In this document: in pieces, positions 13,643 through 26,245 of the stretch
How the letters are laid out: the number at the start of each line of letters is the position of its first letter
How positions within the stretch are numbered: position 1 is the stretch's first letter
Assembly (NCBI RefSeq): GCF_001194135.2
Contig: NC_068992.1
Coordinates: forward strand, 63,711,456-63,775,455
Direction of reading: 5' to 3'
DNA from: Octopus bimaculoides
Lineage: Eukaryota
Length of the DNA stretch: 64,000 nt
The notes under the pieces: model-generated
The model's input: the letters and a program-made list of their open reading frames with translations, nothing else
The model's database searches: none
Told to the model about the DNA's origin: nothing
Made by a program: the position numbers and the translations under genes

Positions 13643-14471
13643 AAGAAGAAGAAGAAGAAGAAGAAGAAGAAGAAGAAGAAGAAGAATGATGATGATGATG
13701 ATGATGATTATGGTCACAACAACAAGAACAATAATAATAACAATTATAAATACCATTATTTTTTTCTTCAAATTTCAAGATTTCAAATTAATGACTTCAT
13801 TTGGAAGATTTTATTATATTCACGTTATTTATGAAGTACATTCTTGTTTTACACATACAACACACCCATACAACCATATATGAATATGCCCACGTATGTG
13901 TATATATGTATATAAATATTTATATATTTGTATATCTATCTATATATATATATTGATCTATGTGTGTGTGTGTGTGTGCCTGTATATGTGTGTGTATGTA
14001 TATGTATGCATATATGTATGTATTCATCTAATGTTTATTTAGGCTATAAGTGTGTAGATGAATGTCTATATATGTGAATTTATGTATACGTAACTATATT
14101 TTGATAGATAGATAGATAGACAGATAGACAGACAGACAGACGGACGGACGGACGGACAGACGGACGGACGGACTGTCTGACAGGCAGGCAGGCATATAGA
14201 TAGATAGATAGATATGTAGACATATATACATTTATATATATATATATGGATGAATATATATATATATATATATGTACATATGCATAAATATATATACATA
14301 CATTTATATATGTATATATAAACATATATATATATATATATGTATGCATACATATGCATATATGTATAAATATACATATATGTACTCATATATATGTCCA
14401 TATAAATGCATAAGTATATATACACATATATATATATGTGTGTGTATACATATATGTACACATGTATATAG

Positions 14472-14530
<59 letters not shown>

Positions 14531-16344
14531 NNNNNNNNNNNNNNNNNNNNNNNNNNNNNNNNNNNNNNNNNNNNNNNNNNNNNNNNNNNNNNNNNNNNNN
14601 NNNNNNNNNNNNNNNNNNNNNNNNNNNNNNNNNNNNNNNNNNNNNNNNNNNNNNNNNNNNNNNNNNNNNNNNNNNNNNNNNNNNNNNNNNNNNNNNNNNN
14701 NNNNNNNNNNNNNNNNNNNNNNNNNNNNNNNNNNNNNNNNNNNNNNNNNNNNNNNNNNNNNNNNNNNNNNNNNNNNNNNNNNNNNNNNNNNNNNNNNNNN
14801 NNNNNNNNNNNNNNNNNNNNNNNNNNNNNNNNNNNNNNNNNNNNNNNNNNNNNNNNNNNNNNNNNNNNNNNNNNNNNNNNNNNNNNNNNNNNNNNNNNNN
14901 NNNNNNNNNNNNNNNNNNNNNNNNNNNNNNNNNNNNNNNNNNNNNNNNNNNNNNNNNNNNNNNNNNNNNNNNNNNNNNNNNNNNNNNNNNNNNNNNNNNN
15001 NNNNNNNNNNNNNNNNNNNNNNNNNNNNNNNNNNNNNNNNNNNNNNNNNNNNNNNNNNNNNNNNNNNNNNNNNNNNNNNNNNNNNNTATATATATGTATA
15101 TATATATATATATGCATATATATGTATATATATATGTGTATATATATATATATATATACACACATACATACATACACACATTATATATATATACACACAT
15201 TATATATATACATACACACACATACACACATTATACACACACACACACATACACACATTATACACACACACACACACACACACACATACAAACAGAAGAA
15301 AGTGACAACGTAAAGCGTAAAAATAAGAAGAAAAAAAATTCTTTTTCCTATCTGCCACTCTTAATATTACTAAGATCTGGTTTAATATTATATTTAATCT
15401 TTTGCAAGTTGACATTTTATTTTATCACTTAACTGAAGACATGAGATATCTAGAGTTATCTGATGGGAATTCAGCATAATCTAATTTATATATCATCTCA
15501 ATCACTCACAGCCTCTTGTCCATTTGCACAATATCACTCAGACACTAGAAGAGAACTGTTCAATATTCTAACTTGACTGTTGCAGTCGGACTTCGTTTTA
15601 CAGTCGGACGCAAAATTAAGCTGCGGTTAGTGGTAATAAATAAGTATATCATATTACAAGTAACTCTGTTGTTATAGCGTGTGTGTGTGTGTGTGTGTGT
15701 GTGNNNNNNNNNNNNNNNNNNNNNNNNNNNNNNNNNNNNNNNNNNNNNNNNNNNNNNNNNNNNNNNNNNNNNNNNNNNNNNNNNNNNNNNNNNNNNNNNN
15801 NNNNNNNNNNNNNNNNNNNNNNNNNNNNNNNNNNNNNNNNNNNNNNNNNNNNNNNNNNNNNNNNNNNNNNNNNNNNNNNNNNNNNNNNNNNNNNNNNNNN
15901 NNNNNNNNNNNNNNNNNNNNNNNNNNNNNNNNNNNNNNNNNNNNNNNNNNNNNNNNNNNNNNNNNNNNNNNNNNNNNNNNNNNNNNNNNNNNNNNNNNNN
16001 NNNNNNNNNNNNNNNNNNNNNNNNNNNNNNNNNNNNNNNNNNNNNNNNNNNNNNNNNNNNNNNNNNNNNNNNNNNNNNNNNNNNNNNNNNNNNNNNNNNN
16101 NNNNNNNNNNNNNNNNNNNNNNNNNNNNNNNNNNNNNNNNNNNNNNNNNNNNNNNNNNNNNNNNNNNNNNNNNNNNNNNNNNNNNNNNNNNNNNNNNNNN
16201 NNNNNNNNNNNNNNNNNNNNNNNNNNNNNNNNNNNNNNNNNNNNNNNNNNNNNNNNNNNNNNNNNNNNNNNNNNNNNNNNNNNNNNNNNNNNNNNNNNNN
16301 NNNNNNNNNNNNNNNNNNNNNNNNNNNNNNNNNNNNNNNNNNNN

Positions 16345-16375
<31 letters not shown>

Positions 16376-16765
16376 TTGCTATTATGCAAAATGTCGTAAG
16401 TCCAAAACGTTGCTTTTTCAGAAAACGAAAAAATAGTTTCCTCATTCCATAGCAATACCATTGTACTACAATTTGACAATTTTTTATATCCTGGCATCTA
16501 AAACAGTTGGAGATACGATTGTTCAGCCAAAAGAACCGGCTATTGCAAGCAAAAATAAATATTGGAAAAATCGCATTTGTCCAAATTTGGACATACGACA
16601 GTTTAACATAATAGCAACGATATATATATGGACTAAAACACGTCAAGGCGGTGCCCTAGCATGGCCACTCTTAAATGACTTAAACAAGTGAAAGATAAAA
16701 TATAAAAGGTGGAGCGGACAACAAACAAGGTGTATTAGTTTGACGCTCAAGAAAAATGGAAGAGT

Positions 16766-16801
16766 CTTTGATGTTTCGATCCTACGCCCGTCTACAGAAA
16801 G
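16766..16801 (-). ncRNA. Minimal hammerhead-like motif (U6 variant), degenerate third copy
   Basis: CUUU-CUGUAGA-C-GGGC(GUAG)GAUC-GAAA-CA-UC-AAAG, located downstream of the PLE GIY-YIG remnant. Confidence 0.5.
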
Positions 16802-17095
16802 GAATGAGGAGAGAAAACGAACGGAGAGAGAGGGAAAACGGAGAGAAAGAAAACGTGTATATTCTGTGTATGTATATGTATGTAAGTGCGCTATGTGTGT
16901 GAGGCTATCTGACATATGTGTATGTTGTGGGAGGATGTATGAGGGACGTGGAGTAGGGGTGAGCGAAGATAAGCGTTGGTAGATGTGGGTGCATGGCTAT
17001 ACACATGCGGCTATATGTGAGGGAAAAGGATTGAGGGTTTGGGTGCTGGTGTATGTGAAGTGGCTAAGATATGTGTGTGCAAGTGCGTCTTTGTA

Positions 17096-17136
<41 letters not shown>

Positions 17137-17477
17137 CGTGGGGGAATAATCGTGTGTGTGTGTGGTGTAGCTGCTGAGCATAACGCAGTAGAGGTGTATG
17201 GGGTAGAGGAGGAGAGTCATTGGAAGGTGGGAGATGTGTGGTGTATGTCATTGGAAGGTAGGAGAAATGGGTTTAGATGAAAAGAGGTGATGAATTGAAA
17301 CCAGAAGGTACTAAGAAATGAAGAGAGAAAATAAATTTCTGCTCTCGTCGGAGGCAGGAGTCTGGGTGGCTTCTGTGCAAGGACAGTCCGAACACAGGCA
17401 GATGTTGTAGTGAATGACCGGTCGAGCGAAAGAGGCGTGAGACCACAGTGCCATTGTTGAGTCTGATGTCCTGGAGA

Positions 17478-18038
17478 TGTTCAGTTGAATGCCAGCCAGT
17501 TTGACCAATGTACAGAGAACGGCAGAGAGAGAAGAGGATGCAGTAGATTACATTGCTGGAGATGCAAGTGAATGAATCTGTGATGTGGTAGAAGCAGTGA
17601 TGGGTGCTAGTGAGGATAGTAGTGTTCGAGTGGTAAGGAGAGGTGCAGCGGTGTGGGTGAGAGCAATGGAAGGAATCAGGTCGAGTGCCAGGAATGGAGA
17701 AGAAGCTATGGACCAGAATGTCAAGTAGGTTATGGACACGTTTGAAGGGTGGGAGGTGTTCAGTTGAATGCCAGCCAGTTTGACCAATGTACAGAGAACG
17801 GCAGAGAGAGAAGAGGATGCAGTAGATTACATTGCTGGAGATGCAAGTGAATGAATCTGTGATGTGGTAGAAGCAGTGATGGGTGCTAGTGAGGATAGTA
17901 GTGTTCGAGTGGTAAGGAGAGGTGCAGCGGTGTGGGTGAGAGCAATGGAAGGAATCAGGTCGAGTGCCAGGAATGGAGAAGAAGCTATGGACCAGAATGT
18001 CAAGTAGGTTATGGACACGTTTGAAGGGTGGGAGGTGT
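17478..18038. repeat. Perfect 279-bp tandem duplication
   Basis: 17478-17756 is identical to 17757-18035; tgt microhomology at the junction. Confidence 0.95.
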
Positions 18039-19190
18039 GGGTCGATGAAGATGTGGAAGGTGGAGGGCTCAGATTACAATCGGCGAAAAAACCTGAAGAA
18101 TGGTGCGTTGGAGGGGAAAGAGAGGCAGGTAAGGGTGGGGTAGATGCGGGCATATATATATATATATCGTATGCTCGATGGGGATTGACACGGTACTTAG
18201 CCCTAATCATAACATATTCTTTCTACGATAGATACAAGGCTTGAAATTTGGGTAAGTAATAGAAGATTAGTCGATTATATCGATCTTAGTACTTGGTTGT
18301 TTCTTACTGTGTCTACTCTCGAAAGGATGAAAAGCAAACTCGACCTCGACAAATTTCAAGTCGGAACATAAAGTAAGAAGAAATTTTATCCAGCGTGCTG
18401 ACGATCCTGCTAGTTCGCCCCCTCCGTTTATCATAATATTTTGGTCTCTAATGTTAACACAAGGCCAGAATTTTCAGGTGAGTGGGTTAGTCGATAATAT
18501 CGATCCCAGCGCCCAACTGGTACTTATTTTGTCGATCTCAAAAGGATGAAATGAAAAGTTGACCTCAGTAGAATTTGAACTCAGAACGAATGAAATGTCA
18601 AGAATTTTGCCCGGCGTGCTAAGCCAGCTCACCGCCTTCCTAGTAAACATAACATATTGAATGACATGCACGCAAAATGTCTTTGACATTCTTTGTGTTC
18701 TACGAGAACTGATGTCGCTATATACTCATTTAGCTTTTACAAACGAACTTCATATTCTGTCTGCGATATTTTGTGAAAAGTGTTATAACCAGAAAATTCT
18801 TATATTTCTCATATGATATTTCAGTTTTCTATTTGAAGCTTTGGAACTATGTATATAGACTGTTATCGTGCCATACCAAATTTCTGTTGGAGTTATACGA
18901 TATAGCAAGTGCTTGCATTTGCATCCTTGAAAAAGATTAGTGTTTAAAAGAATGGGAGAATGATATCTAGTTTTTGAAACATATCTTTTTATAATATATC
19001 GTTTAAAAGAAAGGCAATCTGTACATCTTTCTTAAAGTGGATATACTGTGCAAAGCCACAAAACTGAGGTATTTGTGTCGGGAAAGCATCTGTTATAGAT
19101 GTATAGATCTAATAAGTACAGAAAGATATCAGTAGCAGATGCAAAATGCTGGACACTTTGTCTACTACGCATATAGATATATACAAGAAT

Positions 19191-19273
<83 letters not shown>

Positions 19274-19852
19274 CAAAAGCTAAATATATTCAGCGTCTCA
19301 TTTGAGCAATAAGATCATTTGTCTTCTGTAGTAACAGCCCTATGTAGAGATCGCTGGGTGGAATTGTATGTATGTATGTATGTATTTGCGCAAATTTGTA
19401 TGTTTTCTATTATGTATGTCTTTTCATGTATATAGCTGATGTCTAGACGTGTTCATATAATCCTTTCTACTATAGCTATAAGGCCTGAAATTTGGGGGAG
19501 GGGAATAGTCGATTACATCAACCCCAGTGTTCAACTGGTACTTAATTTATCGACCCCGAATGGATGAAAAGCAAAGTCGACCTCAGCGGAATTTGAACTC
19601 AGAACGTAGCGGCTGACGAAATACCGCTTAGCATTTTACCCGACGTGCACCCTATTCTGTATTATATTCTGGGTACGTGTAATGTCCTTATGTCTGTGTG
19701 TTGAGGGAGTTCATCAAGGGACCATGAATCTTCTATGTGTGGAATTTGTGTTTTATATATTCAATGTTCACCTTCAGGGAAAAAAATTACCCTGGTGGGA
19801 TCGGCGGAGTGGATGCTGGTTCCTCTTTGAAATATTGGGGTGTAACATATTG

Positions 19853-20080
19853 CTTGTGCATGCAGGGAGAGAAGGTTTTATCCCTAATGTTTAAGATGTT
19901 ATCTTTTGACCGAATGATGTTTAGCTTCTCAGTAATACAAAGCTCACATTTGGTACCCCGTCACCTGTATTTTCTGCTTTTAGCAATAATGCTCCATGTT
20001 ATTTGTGGGTCTCTTCTTTCAATGTCCATATCATATTGGATAAGGACGTCGCATGCCTTTTATTTTTGTCTCTGAATGAC
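19853..20080 (-). mobile_element. Penelope-like GIY-YIG C-terminal remnant (second lineage)
   Basis: SFRDKNKRHATSLSNMIWTLKE / PQITWSIIAKSRKY*RGTKCELCITEKLNII....ILNIRDKTFSPCMHK, with stop and frameshift. Matches the PLE T.LS.YIW.LK...I.WSI...C.LC..EK...LN.R.E..S.C.H.K pattern. Confidence 0.7.
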
Positions 20081-20329
20081 ACCAGATGCTGAGTGTATCT
20101 TTCTTAGAACGGGTTGCTCGTTGTTCCGATGTATGTCATACAGTTGCATGACATTTGCCCAACGTACTAGTGAGATTGAACCTGAAACTATGTGGTAAAA
20201 AAGAAAACGAACTTCTTAACCACGCAGCCATATATTTTCATTCTCCATTTCTTTTTCGGTTTTTTTTTTCTTCTTTTTTTACTTTTTTCTGTTTTTGAAT
20301 AATTGTTTTATTTTTTGTATTTTTTGCAG

Positions 20330-21586
20330 GAAACACTCAGAGGAATAAAATTTCGTAATATCGAACCTGTTTTTCCAGCTTCGTTTTGTAGTTTACCTTG
20401 CGAACCTGGTCACATACAGATCTCACACAGTGAAGAAGACTGTTGTTTTGTTTGCGTGCCCTGTCCTCCAGATCATTACATGCCCAGTGAAAGAGAGTGC
20501 ATACCTTGTCGCAATGGAACTACACCAACTCTGGACCACCGAGGTTGTGTACCAAGTCTCTCTGGGAACAGAAAGTCAACTTCTGCCGCCGAACGACGCG
20601 AACCAACCAATTCTACGGCAGAAAAAGTAAAGCAAACGACAAGGAGGAAGAAAATACCATCAGTGACGAAAAAAGCCGAAAGTGAACGAGGGCGAAACGA
20701 GTCCGCAACAAATAAGCTGCAATATGTGTCGAACGAAACGCACTTAAACTATACCTTGACGAATTCTTCAGCAGAAAACATTGAAACGAAGAATCAAACA
20801 TTAGATTTAGAGATGGATGAACTAGCAGGGGTAAATGAAACGAAAGAAGAGACAGAATCTTTCCCGGGGAAGAAACAGAATGAAGTCAGAAATAAAACAA
20901 AAATATTGAAACCGAATAAAAATGTGAAGCAAAAGGAGGGGAAGAATATTACGATGGTTTCGAATTCCACGTCGCAAAACTTGACTGAAGAAACAAAGAG
21001 CTTACCAGATGAAAACCTTCAAAACAATGGTACAAAGGCAAGAAAGAATCAGAACAGATCCATCGATGATATTAATAAGAACGCTTCTAAAAGTGCTGAG
21101 AATAGCGAGAAGAGTGAGGTGCTCCAGACTGTGGTAACAACTACCGTGTTCTTGGATGTTTCTAGCAAGAAGAAAAGCACCAGAAATAGCACCGAGACAA
21201 TTACCAAAAGTAATTCCTCCAATACTACTGGTAATGCTACCACTATTGACACGACTAGAAACAAAACTGCTACTGCAACTAATACTACTATTACTACTAC
21301 TGCCAATACTACAAGCTCAACAACAACAACAACAACAACAACAACTGCTAGCGCTGCATCAACTACGGCTACTGCAGCCAAAACCATTCTTGCTGATACC
21401 GGTGATACTAACAGTACTGTAACAACTACAGCGTCTGATATTGTGAGTACAAATACAGCAAGTCCAACTACAACCACGACAACGACTGCCACCGACGCTG
21501 CTTCTGCTACCACTACCCCTCCCACGACTAGTAACAGTACGAAAAATTCTAAAGACTTACAGTTATCATTTGAGAAAGTTTTTTGA
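20330..21586 (+). CDS. Class C GPCR-like terminal exon: nine-cysteine domain (NCD3G) followed by Asn/Thr/Ser/Lys-rich mucin-like tail, no 7TM
   Basis: tttttgcag|20330, phase 0 matching the 9432 donor. FCSLPC...DCCFVCVPC...ECIPC...RGC has all nine cysteines. The frame stays open to TGA at 21584-21586 and no hydrophobic helix follows. Confidence 0.85.
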   Translation, partial: ETLRGIKFRNIEPVFPASFCSLPCEPGHIQISHSEEDCCFVCVPCPPDHYMPSERECIPCRNGTTPTLDHRGCVPSLSGNRKSTSAAERREPTNSTAEKVKQTTRRKKIPSVTKKAESERGRNESATNKLQYVSNETHLNYTLTNSSAENIETKNQTLDLEMDELAGVNETKEETESFPGKKQNEVRNKTKILKPNKNVKQKEGKNITMVSNSTSQNLTEETKSLPDENLQNNGTKARKNQNRSIDDINKNASKSAENSEKSEVLQTVVTTTVFLDVSSKKKSTRNSTETITKSNSSNTTGNATTIDTTRNKTATATNTTITTTANTTSSTTTTTTTTTASAASTTATAAKTILADTGDTNSTVTTTASDIVSTNTASPTTTTTTTATDAASATTTPPTTSNSTKNSKDLQLSFEKVF

Positions 21587-22662
21587 GAAGCATTTACAAA
21601 GTTGCGGTTTTGGTTTCAATCTCTACCCAATCTTTATTTTATTTTTTGATATTATTTTTTATTTTTATTTTTATTATACTTTGAGGCGGCGAGCTGGCAG
21701 AATCGTTAGCACGTCGGAAACAAACAAAAATTGCTTACCAGCATTTCTCCCGGCTTTTTACGGTTTGAGTTCAAATCCTGCCGAGGTCAACTTTGCCTTT
21801 CATCCTTTCGGAGTTGATAAAATAAAGTACCAGTCAAGTACTGGGGTCGATATATTTGATTAACCCCTGCTCCTAAAGAAAACTGCTGGCTTTGTACCAA
21901 ATTTTAAAACAATTATTTTTTTTTTTTTTCGATACTATTTTTTATATATTTTTTTTATTTTTACTTTTGGTTCAACATCTCTAGCTGACCAACTCAGTCA
22001 TGTTTATAATGAACAAAACCAGGAGTACACTAGATGAACACAAAAGGAGTAACAACAACAAGGTAGTAACTCGAGGCAAGCAGCAGAGTATCTTGAGACA
22101 AACTGCTGGTGAGTTTGTTCGCAACTCAGCTTCCATTCTCCGTCGTTACTGATTTACTTCATTAAAACAAACAGCTAATATTTTTTGAAGAGGCATGAAT
22201 GACTCCACTTCTCACACACCCCTGTCCTATTGCAAATCTAACAAAGCCAGTTTTGTAGTATAAGGATTGTGGAACTTGTGTACATTTGGACCAGACTTGT
22301 TTTTTATACCTGCACAAAAGGGACCACATGTACCATGAGTCATTATGTGTAACCAACTGTGTGTGTCCATGTTCTTGTATATAGCTATATATGTACGTAA
22401 TAAATTATGACTATGTGTAGTAATATATGTGTGGCCATAAATATGAGTAGCAATGTGTAAGTGTGGGTGAAAACGAATAAAGGGAGTTGTGTGGTTGCGT
22501 ATAGCCACATGAGTATATTTATCCTTGAGTTCATTTGTATATGTGTTCTCGTCTGTGCGTGTGTGCGTGTGTGTGTGTGTACGTGTGTGTGTATCCCACT
22601 AACAACATGCTTGTATATGTTTCTGCATAAGATTACATAAAATTCTGCATATGTAACTGTGA

Positions 22663-22698
<36 letters not shown>

Positions 22699-24893
22699 NN
22701 NNNNNNNNNNNNNNNNNNNNNNNNNNNNNNNNNNNNNNNNNNNNNNNNNNNNNNNNNNNNNNNNNNNNNNNNNNNNNNNNNNNNNNNNNNNNNNNNNNNN
22801 NNNNNNNNNNNNNNNNNNNNNNNNNNNNNNNNNNNNNNNNNNNNNNNNNNNNNNNNNNNNNNNNNNNNNNNNNNNNNNNNNNNNNNNNNNNNNNNNNNNN
22901 NNNNNNNNNNNNNNNNNNNNNNNNNNNNNNNNNNNNNNNNNNNNNNNNNNNNNNNNNNNNNNNNNNNNNNNNNNNNNNNNNNNNNNNNNNNNNNNNNNNN
23001 NNNNNNNNNNNNNNNNNNNNNNNNNNNNNNNNNNNNNNNNNNNNNNNNNNNNNNNNNNNNNNNNNNNNNNNNNNNNNNNNNNNNNNNNNNNNNNNNNNNN
23101 NNNNNNNNNNNNNNNNNNNNNNNNNNNNNNNNNNNNNNNNNNNNNNNNNNNNNNNNNNNNNNNNNNNNNNNNNNNNNNNNNNNNNNNNNNNNNNNNNNNN
23201 NNNNNNNNNNNNNNNNNNNNNNNNNNNNNNNNNNNNNNNNNNNNNNNNNNNNNNNNNNNNNNNNNNNNNNNNNNNNNNNNNNNNNNNNNNNNNNNNNNNN
23301 NNNNNNNNNNNNNNNNNNNNNGTGTGTGTGTGTTTGTGTCCATACATATACACACGCGTGCGCGTGCGCTGTGTATGTTTATATATATTTACATATAACG
23401 ATTATTTCCCAAATAAACTCCCATCGTAATTTTTGCAAAACCAGCTAAGCTGCATTATAAATGGTAAGCAAAGTAGCTTCAACACTGGTTTGTCTCCCTG
23501 ATTATTTAGGAGAAAATCGTGCGTTGATAAAAAACAGAAATAAAGACGGTCTACCGACCATCTAGTGTTATTTTTAAAAGCATTTTGCCATGCACTATAT
23601 GTATGTATATATATATGAATATATGTATGTTTGTATATATATATAGATATATAAACATGGTTTCCTTCAACGGAATGACTTTCTCACCTGACGATCGCAA
23701 CGGCGTGAAATTCAGTTTTAGTAAATCATATGAACTATACTGTATATTAAGTTCTCTTTCCCCCATTTATATATACGTAGGAGTGCTGACATGTACCTGG
23801 CCTGAGGTAAAAGAAAATACAGGAGGATCAGTTAATTATGATTTTGTCCAACATATTCCCCTCTCAGATTCACACACTTATTGCAGCAGTACTTCAGTTT
23901 CTAAGCCCTGTAAAAGAACTTGGATGGTTAAGTCTCCATCCAGGCCTTTTCCGACACCCTTAAAGCCAGGAACTTTCTAGCNNNNNNNNNNNNNNNNNNN
24001 NNNNNNNNNNNNNNNNNNNNNNNNNNNNNNNNNNNNNNNNNNNNNNNNNNNNNNNNNNNNNNNNNNNNNNNNNNNNNNNNNNNNNNNNNNNNNNNNNNNN
24101 NNNNNNNNNNNNNNNNNNNNNNNNNNNNNNNNNNNNNNNNNNNNNNNNNNNNNNNNNNNNNNNNNNNNNNNNNNNNNNNNNNNNNNNNNNNNNNNNNNNN
24201 NNNNNNNNNNNNNTATATATATAATTATATGTATTTCTTCTATCTTAATGAATAATAATTCTTCGGATAGAATAAATGGGTTAATAGAAACCAATGTAGC
24301 AAAGAACACAAAATAACTTTGGTGTTGTTCCTGTTTTTAAGGCAGGAACTCCTTGAAATTTTGGGTATTTGAGTATATTTAAAAATTTAAGGAATGGAGA
24401 AAACGCATGTTATAATTGCATACTTTATTCCTACATATGTTTCAAAGGATTACAACCTATGTGATCCATAGGGATCTGTGATATTAAAATTGTAACATAT
24501 ATAGGTGCTTCAGTACTCTCAGGCACGATTGGTGACGATAACATTTTTCCTCTGTGATATTATATTGCGCCAAGCTGTTTATATATGCATTAACATTTCG
24601 CTAAATCAACCATAAATTTTTATGGCAAAAATATATATACCGGCAGCCGGATTTAGCCAGACCGTCGAGCGTTTGAGTAGTCACTATTGACGAGCTTACG
24701 ACTGATAGGTGAAACAAGTCTAGTCCAGCGATCCTAGAAACGCTCATGGGGTGGTTATCTCCTCTGTCAGTGTATATATATATTGCACGTTCCTTGCAAC
24801 ATTAAGAGTTTTAACTCTTATTTCTTACAATATAGGTGTTTCGGTACCCTCAGTCACAGTTAGTGACGATAAAACTTTTCCTTTATAGGAAAA

Positions 24894-24952
<59 letters not shown>

Positions 24953-25899
24953 TGTATGTATACTTGCATGTATACATACATATATATNNNNNNNNNNNNN
25001 NNNNNNNNNNNNNNNNNNNNNNNNNNNNNNNNNNNNNNNNNNNNNNNNNNNNNNNNNNNNNNNNNNNNNNNNNNNNNNNNNNNNNNNNNNNNNNNNNNNN
25101 NNNNNNNNNNNNNNNNNNNNNNNNNNNNNNNNNNNNNNNNNNNNNNNNNNNNNNNNNNNNNNNNNNNNNNNNNNNNNNNNNNNNNNNNNNNNNNNNNNNN
25201 NNNNNNNNNNNNNNNNNNNNNNNNNNNNNNNNNNNNNNNNNNNNNNNNNNNNNNNNNNNNNNNNNNNNNNNNNNNNNNNNNNNNNNNNNNNNNNNNNNNN
25301 NNNNNNNNNNNNNNNNNNNNNNNNNNNNNNNNNNNNNNNNNNNNNNNNNNNNNNNNNNNNNNNNNNNNNNNNNNNNNNNNNNNNNNNNNNNNNNNNNNNN
25401 NNNNNNNNNNNNNNNNNNNNNNNNNNNNNNNNNNNNNNNNNNNNNNNNNNNNNNNNNNNNNNNNNNNNNNNNNNNNNNNNNNNNNNNNNNNNNNNNNNNN
25501 NNNNNNNNNNNNNNNNNNNNNNNNNNNNNNNNNNNNNNNNNNNNNNNNNNNNNNNNNNNNNNNNNNNNNNNNNNNNNNNNNNNNNNNNNNNNNNNNNNNN
25601 NNNNNNNNNNNNNNNNNNNNNNNNNNNNNNNNNNNNNNNNNNNNNNNNNNNNNNNNNNNNNNNNNNNNNNNNNNNNNNNNNNNNNNNNNNNNNNNNNNNN
25701 NNNNNNNNNNNNNNNNNNNNNNNNNNNNNNNNNNNNNNNNNNNNNNNNNNNNNNNNNNNNNNNNNNNNNNNNNNNNNNNNNNNNNNNNNNNNNNNNNNNN
25801 NNNNNNNNNNNNNNNNNNNNNNNNNNNNNNNNNNNNNNNNNNNNNNNNNNNNNNNNNNNNNNNNNNNNNNNNNNNNNNNNNNNNNNNNNNNNNNNNNNN

Positions 25900-26245
25900 G
25901 GGACACATCCAGGTAGTTGACGACCGTCAGGTTGGTATCTGTAGTTATGCTAAGACCGAAGGTTTTCATCAAATGGATAATATCCTTCCTGAACCGATCC
26001 TGTGCTGGTCCATTGGTATTAGCGGTTAAAGCTAGGGCATCATCTTTGTAAATTGCGAAGTGTACGTCAGGAGAAGTTTTGCCCAACGTATCTAGTAGGA
26101 ATAGTCCAATAAGATCGCATATGCCTGCTCCATCATATGACCTCATGCTCACATCGAAAGCACCCTCTGTATCGGTAGTCTTGACCCACTCTGCGTTTTC
26201 AATGGCCGGATAACTGAAGAGATGTTGGCGTGGGTTCCCACCCCG
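25900..26245 (-). mobile_element. Penelope-like reverse transcriptase remnant
   Basis: EWVKTTDTEGAFDVSMRSYDGAGICDLIGLFLLD...IYKDDALAL...GLSITTDTNLTVVNYLDVS resembles PLE RT MGSYDGAEICELVGL...YRDDGL...NFLDV; runs into an N gap. Confidence 0.82.

Larger units (their letters stand above)
16700..18150 (-). mobile_element. 5'-truncated Penelope-like element: GIY-YIG endonuclease remnant plus 3' pseudo-LTR
   Basis: The - strand reads PFKRVHNLLDILVHS...ITDSFTCISSNVIYCILFSLCRSLYIGQTG..EHLQDIR...GHSLQHLPVFGL...REQKFIFSL..LVPSGFN..FI* (stop 17273), with frameshifts. A hammerhead-like motif lies at 16766-16801 in the downstream region. Confidence 0.85.

Noticed and set aside
21049-21525. Very hydrophobic - strand ORF (VVVVAVLV...) that could be mistaken for the missing transmembrane region
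   Set aside because: It is the antisense shadow of the ACN-rich Thr tail, on the wrong strand and without class C 7TM motifs.
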